Of a DNA stretch of 46,597 bases, positions 10,481 through 22,400 are shown in pieces. The DNA is from Octopus bimaculoides. Taxonomy: Eukaryota. The notes below the pieces were generated by a model. The model made no database searches and was not told the origin of the DNA. It saw only the letters and a list, made by a program, of their open reading frames with translations. Made by a program: the position numbers and the translations under genes. The DNA lies in NCBI RefSeq assembly GCF_001194135.2, contig NC_068994.1, forward strand, positions 30,771,281-30,817,877. Reading direction: 5' to 3'. Numbering within the stretch: the stretch's first letter is position 1; every line of letters starts with the position of its first letter.

Positions 10481-10822
10481 GGCACCTGTGCCCAGCGTCA
10501 CCTTCCTGTGGCACGTGTAAAGACATTCGAGCGAGATCGTTGCCAGTGCTGCTGGACTGGCTCCTGTGCAGGTGGCACGTAAAATACACCATTTTGAGCG
10601 TGGCCATTGCCAGTACCGCCTGACTGGCCTTCGTGCTGGTGGCACGTAAAAGCACCCACTACACTCTCGGAGTGGTTGGCATTAAGAAGGCCATCCAGCT
10701 GTAGAGACTATACCAAATCAGATTGGAGCCTGGTGTAGCCATCTGGTTCACCAGTCCTCAGTCAAATTGTCCAACCCATGCTAGCATGGAAAGCGTACGT
10801 TAAACAATGATGATGATGATGA
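10481..10822 (+). mobile_element. RTE-tail/V-domain-like repeat, relatively intact
   Basis: Repeated GGTGGCACGTAAAA motifs, then GGTTGGCATTAAGAAGGCCATCCAGCTGTAGA, CATGGAAAGCGTACGTTAAACAATGATGATG. Confidence 0.85.
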
Positions 10823-12786
10823 TTACAATCGCCACCATAGATATTGTAGTACATTCATTCAATAACACCAGAGCCACCAAGATAGAGGCTGCAGTACAAT
10901 GCATTCAACAATACCACAATTACCAACGCACACACACTGCAGTAGATTCATTCAACAACATCACAAACACCAACAAAGAAACTGCAGTAAATATCTTCAA
11001 CAAAATAGTTGCAGACATATCCAAAAAACATATCCTCAAGGTAGTATAAAAACAGAACACCAATTCTATAACAGAATGAGAGACAATCTTGACCACAACA
11101 CACCAAAATCACACACAAACTTAACATCAAATAAACTAAACAAGGAAAAAATAAGCAAAAGATAGTAAAATAGTTATTAGAGTAATTAGCAATATCAGCT
11201 TTAATGGTCAGTGTCTGTCACACAAGCAACCTCAAATAATATGCATATAGTGCAGTATCAAGCTAACACCTTTATCAAGTATTTCTTGAAAACCAGTCAC
11301 CAAAACCTTACAAAGAATGCAGGAATACAAAATGATAAATAAACATCTACATAGAGCCCAAATTTGAACCATTCCATCCATGAGACACCCATAAAGCTAT
11401 ATAGAAGTGTAAAAATATCAAAAGCGTCACAGCCACAAGATCACCAACGTAAAGTTAAAACACTCAAGACATGAAAGAACCCAGCACTCACCACCTACAA
11501 TTCCTTATACCAAGATTACCAATTCCTTAGAATCTAGAAGCTGGTCAAAATTATTAATATTCTGAAGCTCAATAAAATCCCCAAATGAAATAAGATCATA
11601 GAGACCAATTGTTTGATCAATCATTTGATTAATCAATCAATCAGTTAAGTTTGTCAAAGTCCTTTTATTGCCATTAGTGGCCTTTTCAATAACGCACTCT
11701 ACTACTGAGATACAACAAAATCTGTTTTAACACATGAGTTCACATCAAGAATCTTTTAAACAAAGTACAAGCTGAAATATTGCTAATATATTCTTCAATA
11801 ATGTCTTATACAGTTTAGACAGTGGTGTTAAATATCAGCTCTGTTGTTGTCTTCTTACCACCTACTATAGACTCAAAAATTCAAAAATCAACTCCTTTTT
11901 TGTATTAACTTTGATTAGCCTGTCTGACTCTAGCTTCTCTTTCTGTGATGTTAGTTTAATCACTTATCACCCAACTAATGAGCTAGAAATAGCAGCCGCC
12001 TAATCCCTTCAGATAACTTCCTTTCATCATAGAGACAGATTATATAGGATAATGTAGTCCTCCATGATAAAAAGATGTGATAGTTAACACTGGAACATCT
12101 TTGATCATGCAGCTACATGATCAGGGTTGACCGGGGCTAAACAGTAATAGCAATAACAAGACTTGTAGGGGATACAGTTGTCATTCAATGGTGGTCATGG
12201 GATCACTTCTTAATGACTGCATTTCATGTTGAATAATTGAGACAACAGGCCAATATGACTTGGAAGGATTTTTAATTAGTATTGCAAGCTTGTTATGATT
12301 TCTTGCCACCACTTACACTGGTAAACTCTGAAACCTGTCATTCTTATTTGCAACTTTAAGGACTGGGCCAATAATTAATTAAGTAGCCATAAAGACAAGC
12401 ATTATATTGACCCCACTAGCTTTGACATTCAGTACATGATACATGTCCTTGAAACATGCATTTCTCAGTATACATTACATGGTCTTGCAAACATGGATCT
12501 CTCTCAGTACACTATATGGTATCGAAACATATATCAATATCAGGAAAGTCATTCAGACTGAGGTATTTTTTTTTTATCACTTCAGTCTGGTAGTTTTTTT
12601 TAGTTTTTTTATTTGATTGCTGTCCCATAGCTAAAAAGCAGATTTTGAGCCACAGTCCTTTTGCATTTGAGCTTAGTCTCAGAAATTATCGATTTTAATG
12701 TACGTAACAAAATTTATAGCCTGAATTTAATAATCTAATTATCTTTGCATATAAATTAATGTACGTATTTTTTTGTTTATTTGTAG

Positions 12787-14415
12787 ACTCTTACAAAGTT
12801 AAACCTGTCATCTCTGAACAATATTTCAACTAAGATCTTGGTTGATCTCATCTATAATGTACCACAGATCCAGTCCCTTGTATTACAGAACACCAAATGT
12901 AATGACCAAGTGATGTCAGTTATTGGTCGAACTTGCTGTCACCTCCGTGAGCTGAATGTCTTCAATTGTCCTGTTACTGATTCTGGCGCCTTCGGCTTAT
13001 GCGTGAAAAACTCTGCTGCTGGTGGTGTACCAAATTGTTCCCAGCTTGTCAGCCTGGACATTAATGCAACAGCAGTAAGCCTGAATGGCGCCAGTACCAT
13101 CTTGCAGAACTTACATCACCTGAAATATTTTCAGTATTGTGATGTGTGCGCTGTTTTTGAAAAACTTTATCTTGACAGTCTTCGGTTTGGCTCTTCATTT
13201 GTTGCCAGCCAGAACCGTGCTTATCGTACTCAACAGCTAGCTAATAGTGATTCATCATCAGTAGGTCCGTTAGAAGGAAACAAAGACACCAATGCATCAT
13301 TCATTAGCTTACTGAGCACAGTTGAAGATGGCAATGGGAACAAGGATGCACATGAGGATAAGTCGGAAAATGTCAATGATGCTGTTAGAAGCCAAATAGC
13401 CATCACAGCTCATACCAAAAGCAACAGTTTGAATAGTGTTGAGAGTCAGCGTAAGTATTGTATCAACTCTCTGACTGCAACAGGACTAAAGTGCTCTCTA
13501 GTTACTGCCCAAAGTATCAAAATAGCCTGTGAAGTATGTCCATATGTAACTGAGGTGTACCTTCATCAGAACATTGGTAATAAAGGTATGGTTCACCTGA
13601 CACAACTCTCACAATTACATGTTCTTGAAGTTGTCAGTTGTGCACCAGATCCCATAACATTCGAAGAAGGTCTTGTGCCTGTTCTGCGCAAGGCTGGCCC
13701 TACGTTATCACGCCTCACTCTGTATGATTTTTCTGATATTGACATTATTCGAATTGGGCAATACTGCCCTCAGCTTCATTATCTTAATTTAGAGTCATCA
13801 ATGTGTGACTTTATTGATTATGATATGAACGTTTTGAAGAAGTTCATTGTGAAAAATGGTAGCTTTCCTCCGTGGCAGGCCATGAAGTGTGCCAATATTC
13901 ACAATGATAATCCGCACACAAATAAATTGTGGACAAGACAGTCAGTGGGTAGCAAAGCAGGGTCTTCTTCTATTGGTTCTCCTTATGGTAACCAAGATGA
14001 CCGGGCCTCTCGATGTCAGGATGAAAATAACAGAGTCGGACTTTTTGCTCACATTAGAAGCTTACGAATAATATTACTCAGTGAGACGCATAACTTTCCT
14101 GCAGATGTACTACGACTAATCTTAATCAATGCAGAGAATTTGATCCATTTGCATCTAACAAACATGCAGTTTCTCACTCACAACCTGCTTATTTCAGTCC
14201 TGATGCACAACCCACTGTGTTTCTTGCAGACTCTCCTCTTGGAAATGTGTAATGGGGTTGATCGGGACTTTGTGATGCGCCTACTGACTGATGAACAAAA
14301 TGGTCTGCGCAGGCTTGATCTGATCGAGTGCCAGAGTATAACTAGGCGGGATTTCGAACACTTTCTAGACCGGGTACGCCAAGATAATGTTGATGTGACA
14401 ATAACTTGGATGTAA
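12787..14415 (+). CDS. LRR protein gene, terminal coding exon (RNI/AMN1-like leucine-rich repeats); full CDS 649 aa
   Basis: Acceptor ttttttgtttatttgtAG (12785-12786), then an in-frame open 1629-nt stretch (TLTKLNLSSL...VDVTITWM*). Repeated LRR motifs include LRELNVFNCPVTDSG, LVSLDINATAVS, LSRLTL, LQTLLLEMCNGV and LRRLDLIECQSIT. Confidence 0.95.
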   Translation, partial: TLTKLNLSSLNNISTKILVDLIYNVPQIQSLVLQNTKCNDQVMSVIGRTCCHLRELNVFNCPVTDSGAFGLCVKNSAAGGVPNCSQLVSLDINATAVSLNGASTILQNLHHLKYFQYCDVCAVFEKLYLDSLRFGSSFVASQNRAYRTQQLANSDSSSVGPLEGNKDTNASFISLLSTVEDGNGNKDAHEDKSENVNDAVRSQIAITAHTKSNSLNSVESQRKYCINSLTATGLKCSLVTAQSIKIACEVCPYVTEVYLHQNIGNKGMVHLTQLSQLHVLEVVSCAPDPITFEEGLVPVLRKAGPTLSRLTLYDFSDIDIIRIGQYCPQLHYLNLESSMCDFIDYDMNVLKKFIVKNGSFPPWQAMKCANIHNDNPHTNKLWTRQSVGSKAGSSSIGSPYGNQDDRASRCQDENNRVGLFAHIRSLRIILLSETHNFPADVLRLILINAENLIHLHLTNMQFLTHNLLISVLMHNPLCFLQTLLLEMCNGVDRDFVMRLLTDEQNGLRRLDLIECQSITRRDFEHFLDRVRQDNVDVTITWM

Positions 14416-14464
14416 TTTGTTGCAAACATTCTGTATAAAGTAACATGAAAATACATGCACAAAT

Positions 14465-14466
<2 letters not shown>

Positions 14467-14519
<53 letters not shown>

Positions 14520-14683
14520 ATATATATGTATGTGTGTATGTATAATATATATGTGTGTGTGTGTGTGTGTGTATATATACATGTATATGTATCTATATAT
14601 AGATATGTATATATATCGGTATCTATGTATATATATATGTATGTATATATGTGTGTGTGTGTATATGTATATATGTATTTATT

Positions 14684-14714
<31 letters not shown>

Positions 14715-14744
14715 GTATGTATAAATATATATATATATGCACTA

Positions 14745-14786
<42 letters not shown>

Positions 14787-14863
14787 CTGTATCTATATAT
14801 ATGTATCTATATATATGTGTGTGTGTGTGTGTGTGTATCTATATGTATGTATATATATATATG

Positions 14864-14914
<51 letters not shown>

Positions 14915-15357
14915 ATGTGTATATATATATATGTATGTATGTGTATATATATATATATGTATGTGTATATATATATATATGTATGTATGTGTATATATAT
15001 ATATGTATGTATGTGTATATATATATNNNNNNNNNNNNNNNNNNNNNNNNNNNNNNNNNNNNNNNNNNNNNNNNNNNNNNNNNNNNNNNNNNNNNNNNNN
15101 NNNNNNNNNNNNNNNNNNNNNNNNNNNNNNNNNNNNNNNNNNNNNNNNNNNNNNNNNNNNNNNNNNNNNNNNNNNNNNNNNNNNNNNNNNNNNNNNNNNN
15201 NNNNNNNNNNNNNNNNNNNNNNNNNNNNNNNNNNNNNNNNNNNNNNNNNNNNNNNNNNNNNNNNNNNNNNNNNNNNNNNNNNNNNNNNNNNNNNNNNNNN
15301 NNNNNNNNNNNNNNNNNNNNNNNNNNNNNNNNNNNNNNNNNNNNNNNNNNNNNNNNN

Positions 15358-15423
<66 letters not shown>

Positions 15424-15555
15424 TGTGTGTGTATGTATATATATATATATATATGTGTGTATATATATATATTTATGTCTGTATATATGTGTCTATGTCT
15501 ATATATATTTACTTGCGCACATACATGTATACATACATACATATATATGTGTATG
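14467..15555. repeat. (CA)n/(TA)n/(TG)n microsatellite block with assembly gap 15027-15357
   Basis: Visible directly; begins about 50 nt after the stop codon, in the presumed 3'UTR. Confidence 0.95.
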
Positions 15556-15866
15556 TGAAGAAACGTAAGCCAATAAGAGATGAGCAGTTTTAATACTGTC
15601 AAGTAGGTTGTGTATCCGTGTGCAAACATGCATTCATTCATTCACTCATACACACACAATTACACAAAAACGTACATCTTCACAGACGCACTCACATGCC
15701 TCTTGTAAGATATTGTTATACTGGAAAGTCTATTCATAATTGTAATGTCAGACTTTCTTTGTTGATTTTATGTGAAATGTTAAAATCCTGAACAAGAGGT
15801 TAGAGGGGAATCACCAAGAATCAAGGACAAAAATAGAATTTCAGTATAGGATTGGTCTTTGACCAC

Positions 15867-15872
15867 AATAAA
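15867..15872 (+). promoter_or_regulatory. Candidate polyadenylation signal for the LRR gene
   Basis: First clear AATAAA in unique sequence after the stop codon and the microsatellite/gap block. Position only; no transcript evidence. Confidence 0.3.
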
Positions 15873-16819
15873 GACCTCCATACATACATGTTACTGCCTT
15901 ATATGTCACCACCACCACCCCTACAAAGGTCTGGTGCTGATGCATTTTTTGTGTTTTTTGTTTATATAATTTTTAAAGCCTGAAAGAAAAGAAATTGACA
16001 AATCTGTTACTATAAGAGTGTTTTCCATTGTTAATGGACAGCAGGGTAGCAGAGGTAAGAAAACAAAAGCTGAAACACCTGACCTGTTAATGCATACCAT
16101 TAGAATTAAGGAATAAAATGCTGTCCTGTTCTCCCCACCCCACTTCCTCACTGTTGCTTGCTACAAGAGACATACCAAAGATGAGTGTTTGTTCTATGAC
16201 TGACTTAACTATGACTGCGGCTAGATAGAACAAATTTGCTAGAAGTGTTTCACTAATTAATATTACCGATTTATTAATTATGAATGGCCTGATGTATAAA
16301 AAGAATTATTTGACAGATTGGTTTTCTTTTTATTATGTTTTATTTATTCATTTAATTTAATTTCATTTCATTTTCTTTTGTTTTTTGTTTTTTTTCCCTT
16401 TATTTTATTAATTATTAATTTAATTTATAATAACTTATTAATTGATTTTATTTATTTATTTACTTATTTTCTGTTTCCAAATCAATTTATGTGTTTTTTG
16501 TTTTTGTTTTGTTCTTATTTTGCTGCTGCTGATGCTTGATTTTTATTTTTCATTTATTTTTTTGTGTTCATTCATCTCTATTATAGTAAACTCAATGGAA
16601 TGAATGGTATATACTGTCTCTTACAGACTCCACCCTGCAACTCTCTCCACCATCGCTAACGGATGATGCAACAAGCCTACTATCCACTACACACACACAC
16701 ACACACCTTCAGATATGTTTGTAAAGGTTTATACATTCTAAAATTGTTTGACTTCAAAGGGCTACAAGCATGTAAATTAAAATGTTACTACATAATCCCA
16801 CTCCTCACATGCTCTCATC

Positions 16820-16994
16820 CATGCAGACATACACACGTGCGCACACACACACACATATATATATATATAGACACATACATAAATAATGTAAATATATTGT
16901 TATGTGTGTGTGTATACACATATACATATATATGCATACATTTATATATTCATACATAATATATAATGTATTACATTATATTCGTATATTATCA

Positions 16995-17026
<32 letters not shown>

Positions 17027-18073
17027 TGTAAAGAATATATATAACATATTACATCATATATATATACACACACACACATATATATAATGTGTGTATGTAT
17101 GTATATATNNNNNNNNNNNNNNNNNNNNNNNNNNNNNNNNNNNNNNNNNNNNNNNNNNNNNNNNNNNNNNNNNNNNNNNNNNNNNNNNNNNNNNNNNNNN
17201 NNNNNNNNNNNNNNNNNNNNNNNNNNNNNNNNNNNNNNNNNNNNNNNNNNNNNNNNNNNNNNNNNNNNNNNNNNNNNNNNNNNNNNNNNNNNNNNNNNNN
17301 NNNNNNNNNNNNNNNNNNNNNNNNNNNNNNNNNNNNNNNNNNNNNNNNNNNNNNNNNNNNNNNNNNNNNNNNNNNNNNNNNNNNNNNNNNNNNNNNNNNN
17401 NNNNNNNNNNNNNNNNNNNNNNNNNNNNNNNNNNNNNNNNNNNNNNNNNNNNNNNNNNNNNNNNNNNNNNNNNNNNNNNNNNNNNNNNNNNNNNNNNNNN
17501 NNNNNNNNNNNNNNNNNNNNNNNNNNNNNNNNNNNNNNNNNNNNNNNNNNNNNNNNNNNNNNNNNNNNNNNNNNNNNNNNNNNNNNNNNNNNNNNNNNNN
17601 NNNNNNNNNNNNNNNNNNNNNNNNNNNNNNNNNNNNNNNNNNNNNNNNNNNNNNNNNNNNNNNNNNNNNNNNNNNNNNNNNNNNNNNNNNNNNNNNNNNN
17701 NNNNNNNNNNNNNNNNNNNNNNNNNNNNNNNNNNNNNNNNNNNNNNNNNNNNNNNNNNNNNNNNNNNNNNNNNNNNNNNNNNNNNNNNNNNNNNNNNNNN
17801 NNNNNNNNNNNNNNNNNNNNNNNNNNNNNNNNNNNNNNNNNNNNNNNNNNNNNNNNNNNNNNNNNNNNNNNNNNNNNNNNNNNNNNNNNNNNNNNNNNNN
17901 NNNNNNNNNNNNNNNNNNNNNNNNNNNNNNNNNNNNNNNNNNNNNNNNNNNNNNNNNNNNNNNNNNNNNNNNNNNNNNNNNNNNNNNNNNNNNNNNNNNN
18001 NNNNNNNNNNNNNNNNNNNNNNNNNNNNNNNNNNNNNNNNNNNNNNNNNNNNNNNNNNNNNNNNNNNNNNNNN

Positions 18074-18130
<57 letters not shown>
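16820..18130. repeat. (TA)/(CA) microsatellites flanking assembly gap 17109-18073
   Basis: Visible directly in the sequence. Confidence 0.9.
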
Positions 18131-18159
18131 TAGAGAGATAAATGCATGTGTGTGTGAAA

Positions 18160-18450
18160 GTGTCTGGCCTAGTGGTAAGGGTGTTGCAGCTATGATTGCA
18201 AGATCTCAGTTTCAGTTCCCAGACCAGCAGTGCATTGTGCTATAGAGCAAAATAGTTCATTTCACTTTGTTCCAGTTCATTAACTTGTAGATGTGTAACC
18301 CTACAATGTGATAAACTGGCATCCCATTTGGAGGAAATGTTGACGTGATTGCCTAGCCAGCAGGGTGGCATCATTTGAAAGCTACAACAATGCAAGGATG
18401 TGCATTGTGATCAACAGCATAGAAGAACATCCAATAATCTAGTCAATACA
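18160..18450 (+). mobile_element. tRNA-derived SINE, decayed
   Basis: A-box-like TGGCCTAGTGGTAAGG and B-box-like AGTTTCAGTTCCC, followed by a SINE body. Confidence 0.55.
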
Positions 18451-18473
18451 GTGGTGTATGTATGTATATACAC

Positions 18474-18710
18474 AGCGGTGAGCTGGCAGAAACGTTAGCA
18501 CGCCGGGCGAAATGCTTAGCGGTATTTCGTCTGCCGCTACGTTCTGAGTTCAAATTCCGCCGAGGTTGACTTTGCCTTTCATCCTTTCGGGGTCGATTAA
18601 ATAAAGTACCAGTTACGCACTGGGGGTCAATATAATCGACTTAATCCGTTTGTCTGTCTTTGTTTGTCCCCTCTGTGTGTAGCCCCTTGTGGGTAGTAAA
18701 GAAATAAAAG

Positions 18711-18715
<5 letters not shown>
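18474..18715 (+). mobile_element. Young tRNA-derived SINE with a Meta/MESC-like central domain
   Basis: A box TGGCAGAAACGTTAG (18484), B box GAGTTCAAATTCC (18546), central GCCTTTCATCCTTTCGGGGTCGAT..AAGTACCAG and an A-rich end. The domain name is from recall of SINE superfamilies. Confidence 0.85.
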
Positions 18716-18748
<33 letters not shown>

Positions 18749-18924
18749 ATAGAACATCTGAAAAATCTAGTCAGTACAGTGGTGTGTGTGTATACACACA
18801 CACACACACACACACACACAGATATATATNNNNNNNNNNNNNNNNNNNNNNNNNNNNNNNNNNNNNNNNNNNNNNNNNNNNNNNNNNNNNNNNNNNATAT
18901 ATATATACATACTTATATATATAC

Positions 18925-19058
18925 AACAGGCTTCTTTTAGTTTCCGTCTGCAAGGCTATAGTAAATGACACTTGCCCAAAGTGCCACACAGTGGGACTGA
19001 ACCCGGAACCACGTGGTTTGTAAGCAAGCTACTTACCACACAGCTACTCCTACGCCTG
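18925..19058 (-). mobile_element. CORE-like tRNA SINE head
   Basis: GACACTTGCCCAAAGTGCCACACAGTGGGACTGAACCCGGAACCACGTGG...CTACTTACCACACAGC. Confidence 0.8.
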
Positions 19059-19559
19059 ACACAGCCACTCGTACATCCTACACAGCCGCTCCTACATATG
19101 ATTTGGGTTTGCATGTGAAGGTGTTTAGTGTAGTGGTTTGGATGTGAGTCTCATGATATTTATGTTGTGAGTTCAGTGGATACAGGTCACACCCGGTGTT
19201 CTTATATAAGGCATTTCAATGTCAATGTCTCCTGAAAATGAGTAGCAGTCAGTGGGGGTGGGGATTGTAACATTATAACACTCTGGCAGTCTTATTCTGT
19301 AGGGAGTCCTGAATTTTCAGTTGCTTAAATCTTGTAGAAATTGATATAATCTCCAGTTGAATAGACCTTAAGGGTCAAAACAGACTTTTTTGCAAAATAT
19401 GTGTGTGTGTGTGTGTACGTATCATTGGTAACAAGACATACTCCTTGAAGTACATCATATTTAGTCTATTTGAATATCAAAATCATTGACTGTACAGACA
19501 CTCTATTACTAGCTTGAGTTGGATGGGTCATGGGTCATTACAGATCAAGTTTGCTTTTA

Positions 19560-20240
19560 TTTGGAGTTCTGTTCTCCCAGATGGTTCAGGGACCATAGCT
19601 GTTTCATACATTCCACATCTGACATGGTTTCTGTGGTAGGGCGTCCTTCCTAACACCAACCATTTTACAAGATGTATTGGGTGTATTTTATTGTGGAACC
19701 AGCTCTCTAGAGAGGTTGTCTTGTTGCCAGCAAGACTAAAAGGCTGTCTCTACTCAACATCATCTTCATTTCTGATCACCAGTACCAAAGTATTGACTCA
19801 TCCCCAGTTGATAGAAGAGAGAGTGATGAAAGAGGATTAGAGTGTAAAAGTGATGGACAGAAGAGTGATGATGGAAGGGAAGTTAAAGGAAGAAACTGAT
19901 AGATAGCTAAATGTGAGTATTAATTAAGGAGACCGAACAGTAACATTTGTGGTTGATGGTCAATGGGAGGAGAGTAATAAAAGGTGGAATACCAGAAATA
20001 AGAGAAGAATGAAAGGTCAGTGCTAGTGGAGAGAGAGAGAGTGTTGGATGTTAACTCAGAGGAGGGAGTAATTTGAGAGAGAATTAAAGATCACAATAAA
20101 GATGGGTGATGGTGAGGGAATGGAAATGGTTGTTTTATATAATGTGTGATTGGAGAAGATGTTAAGGGGAACAGTGATGTCTAGTAATATAGAAGAGGGG
20201 ATGGCAGTGAAAGACTTAATACAAATAGACCCAATGTAAT
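19560..20240 (-). mobile_element. Antisense RTE 3'UTR-type fragment (tail plus purine-rich spacer on + strand)
   Basis: GCGTCCTTCCTAACACCAACC at about 19642 is followed by a long G/A-rich tract, mirroring the layout of 3120-4003. Confidence 0.5.
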
Positions 20241-20337
20241 GTCAACGCACTTTACATGGGTAGCATAATGGATGTGTGAAAGGTTCTGGGTTCAGTCCAT
20301 TGTGTGGCACCTTGGATAAGTGGACTATTGTATTATG

Positions 20338-20878
20338 GACAGTCTGGGGAGTTAGGTGGCCAGATGTGATTGCAAAAATTGTCTGACAGCCATGACTGGG
20401 TTCTCCTACTTGTGTGGTATGGTGCAGAGTCCTGTTGCCAGACATAGAGTCTTCCAGCAGCCACCCTCTTGACCTAGGGCAGCACTACCTCCTCTAGGCA
20501 CTTGATGAAGGCCTCCGTGTTGAGTTTGATGCCATGTGGGAGGATGAATGGGGGCATAACGTTGTCATCAGTATTGATCACTCCAAATACCATGATGTTG
20601 ATCGGATGTTTGATTTTTATCACTCTCAGTACATGTTCTCAGATTGACATCCAGACACTCTGAAATGTTCGTATTGGAGCTTCTGGTGCAAATGCCAAAC
20701 AGTACAGCATGTCGTTTCCAAATTTCTGGCAGAGTGAATTGCATCATGGTGCTGTCTTTCTCACGGATGGTACCCAACTAACCCTACTATACTGTGTAGT
20801 TGACAAAATCAAAAGCAAATGAAGCTCATGCATGAAATTAAAAATATAAAACAGTGACGATTTACCCATTACACCCTG
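20338..20878 (-). mobile_element. Tc1/mariner (maT/DD37D-like) transposon, internally deleted
   Basis: Minus-strand EIWKRHAVLFGI (N-terminus), IMVFG, VMPPFILPHG, WQQDSAPYHTSRRTQSWL and WPPNSPD. One terminus CAGGGTGTAATGGG with TA at 20879-20880. Confidence 0.85.
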
Positions 20879-20919
20879 TATATATACACATACACGACTG
20901 ACTTAATATGTATGTGTGT

Positions 20920-21080
20920 GTGTCTTTGTGCCTGTGTTGGTGTGTTAACGTCCCTATAATTTGACTGAAAGAGACTGATAGAATAAGTACCAGGCTTTAA
21001 AAAAAATGTACTGGGGTTGATTCATTTGACTAAAAATTCTTCAATGCAGTGCCCCAGTGACTGAAACAACTAAAAGATAA
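20920..21080 (+). mobile_element. 3' block of the composite SINE, decayed
   Basis: GATAGAATAAGTACCAGGCTT...CTGGGGTTGATTCATTTGACTAAA...GACTGAAACAAC. Confidence 0.65.
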
Positions 21081-21708
21081 ATGATATGTGTATGTATGTA
21101 TGTATGTATATATGTACATATGTGTGTGGTGTAACCATTATTATAATAGGTGAGTACCATGTAGTAGAACTTCTCATTGAGATAAACTTCCCAGCAAGAT
21201 CTCATTAAGTCTACATCCTTTATATCCATTCTGCAGTGAAAATAATACAAAAACCATAACTTCCTGTTTCTTCTCTACATAAAAAGTATTGAATTCCATA
21301 TATCCATGAAAGCAGCAATTATTGTTGCTTGATAAAGAAGCTATGTAGTTAAGATTCTGAACTTCTGCCCACTTGGTTATATGTTTAGAAGCCATTGAAG
21401 TCTTCAGAATTGTTTCTTCTTGAAAGAAAACACCTAATTCTGCTAACCTCAGTTTACATGGCTGGTAACAGGTTTCATAAATAACAGTACAACAGGCTAT
21501 CTCATCATCATTTTAACATCTGCTTTTCCTACAGCCAGATAACCTTCCTGTCACCAACACTTACCTGTTTCTATGCAAGATAATATTTCTCCTTGGCTGG
21601 GTATATTTTTGCAGATTATTGGAAATGAGTGACATTCATTTGCAACAATCATACAATGTCAAGACAATGTGACATGCAGATATTCACACTCATACGTATG
21701 TATGTGTG

Positions 21709-21749
<41 letters not shown>

Positions 21750-21847
21750 NNNNNNNNNNNNNNNNNNNNNNNNNNNNNNNNNNNNNNNNNNNNNNNNNNN
21801 NNNNNNNNNNNNNNNNNNNNNNNNNNNNNNNNNNNNNNNNNNNNNNN

Positions 21848-22400
21848 ATCACCATCATCATCATCATCATCATCATTACCGCTTAACATCCGTTTTCCAT
21901 GCTGGCATGGGTTGGACGGTTTGACTGGAGACTGGCAAGCTAGGTCGCACCAGGCTCCAGTCTGATCTGGCAATGTTTCTACAGCTGGATGCCCTTCCTA
22001 ATACCAACCACTCTGAGAGTGTAGTGGGTGCTTTTTACGTGCCACTGACACAGGAGCCAGTCGAGTGGGTGGGGCTGGCATTAGCCACATTCGGATAGTG
22101 CTTTTTATGTGCCACCAGCATGGGGAGCCAGTCAGGCGGCTCTGGCAGCGACCTATGCATGAATGAATGGTGCTTATCATGTGCTACCAGCACTGGTAAC
22201 GGCCACAACTACAATTTCCATTTGATTGTAATTTGATTTGATTTTGATTTACTTGACTAAATAGGTCTCCTCAAGCACAGAATGTTGCCTCACGATTCAA
22301 TGGTGCTTTTTAAATGGGGTGGTTATGCAACGCTGGTGTAGGCTACGGCTGTGATCTCACTTTCCTTGCCGGGTTTTCTCAATCACAGCATATCTTCAGA
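21848..22400 (-). mobile_element. RTE LINE extreme 3' end with full UTR and (ATG)n tail
   Basis: Minus strand begins GATATGCTGTGATTGAGAAAACCC, the same motif that ends the RTE ORFs at about 3105, 5557 and 28000. It ends GGAAAACGGATGTTAAGCGGTAATGATGATG. Confidence 0.8.

Larger units (their letters stand above)
10100..11000. repeat. Decayed ~45-bp minisatellite (caccatagacactgcagtaaatacattcaacaac-like) interrupted by a MITE and an RTE tail
   Basis: The CTGCAGTA-type motif recurs at 10127, 10844, 10889, 10937 and 10982, with spacings of 45, 48 and 45 in the uninterrupted part. Confidence 0.5.

Noticed and set aside
12838-12840. TTG start of the 525-aa ORF
   Set aside because: The frame is open back to a splice acceptor at 12786, so this is an internal exon boundary and not a start codon.
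13889-14071. 60-aa ORF in another frame inside exon 3
   Set aside because: Short, no recognisable features, and expected by chance inside a coding exon.
14445-18245. Long ORFs (250-400 aa) in the ORF track here and around the other gaps
   Set aside because: They are translations of (TA)n/(CA)n microsatellites and N runs ([12 protein letters not shown]), not genes.
18474-18560. tRNA gene
   Set aside because: A and B boxes are present, but there is no cloverleaf and it continues into a SINE body. The same applies to 18160, 18990-19058 and 39880-39896.
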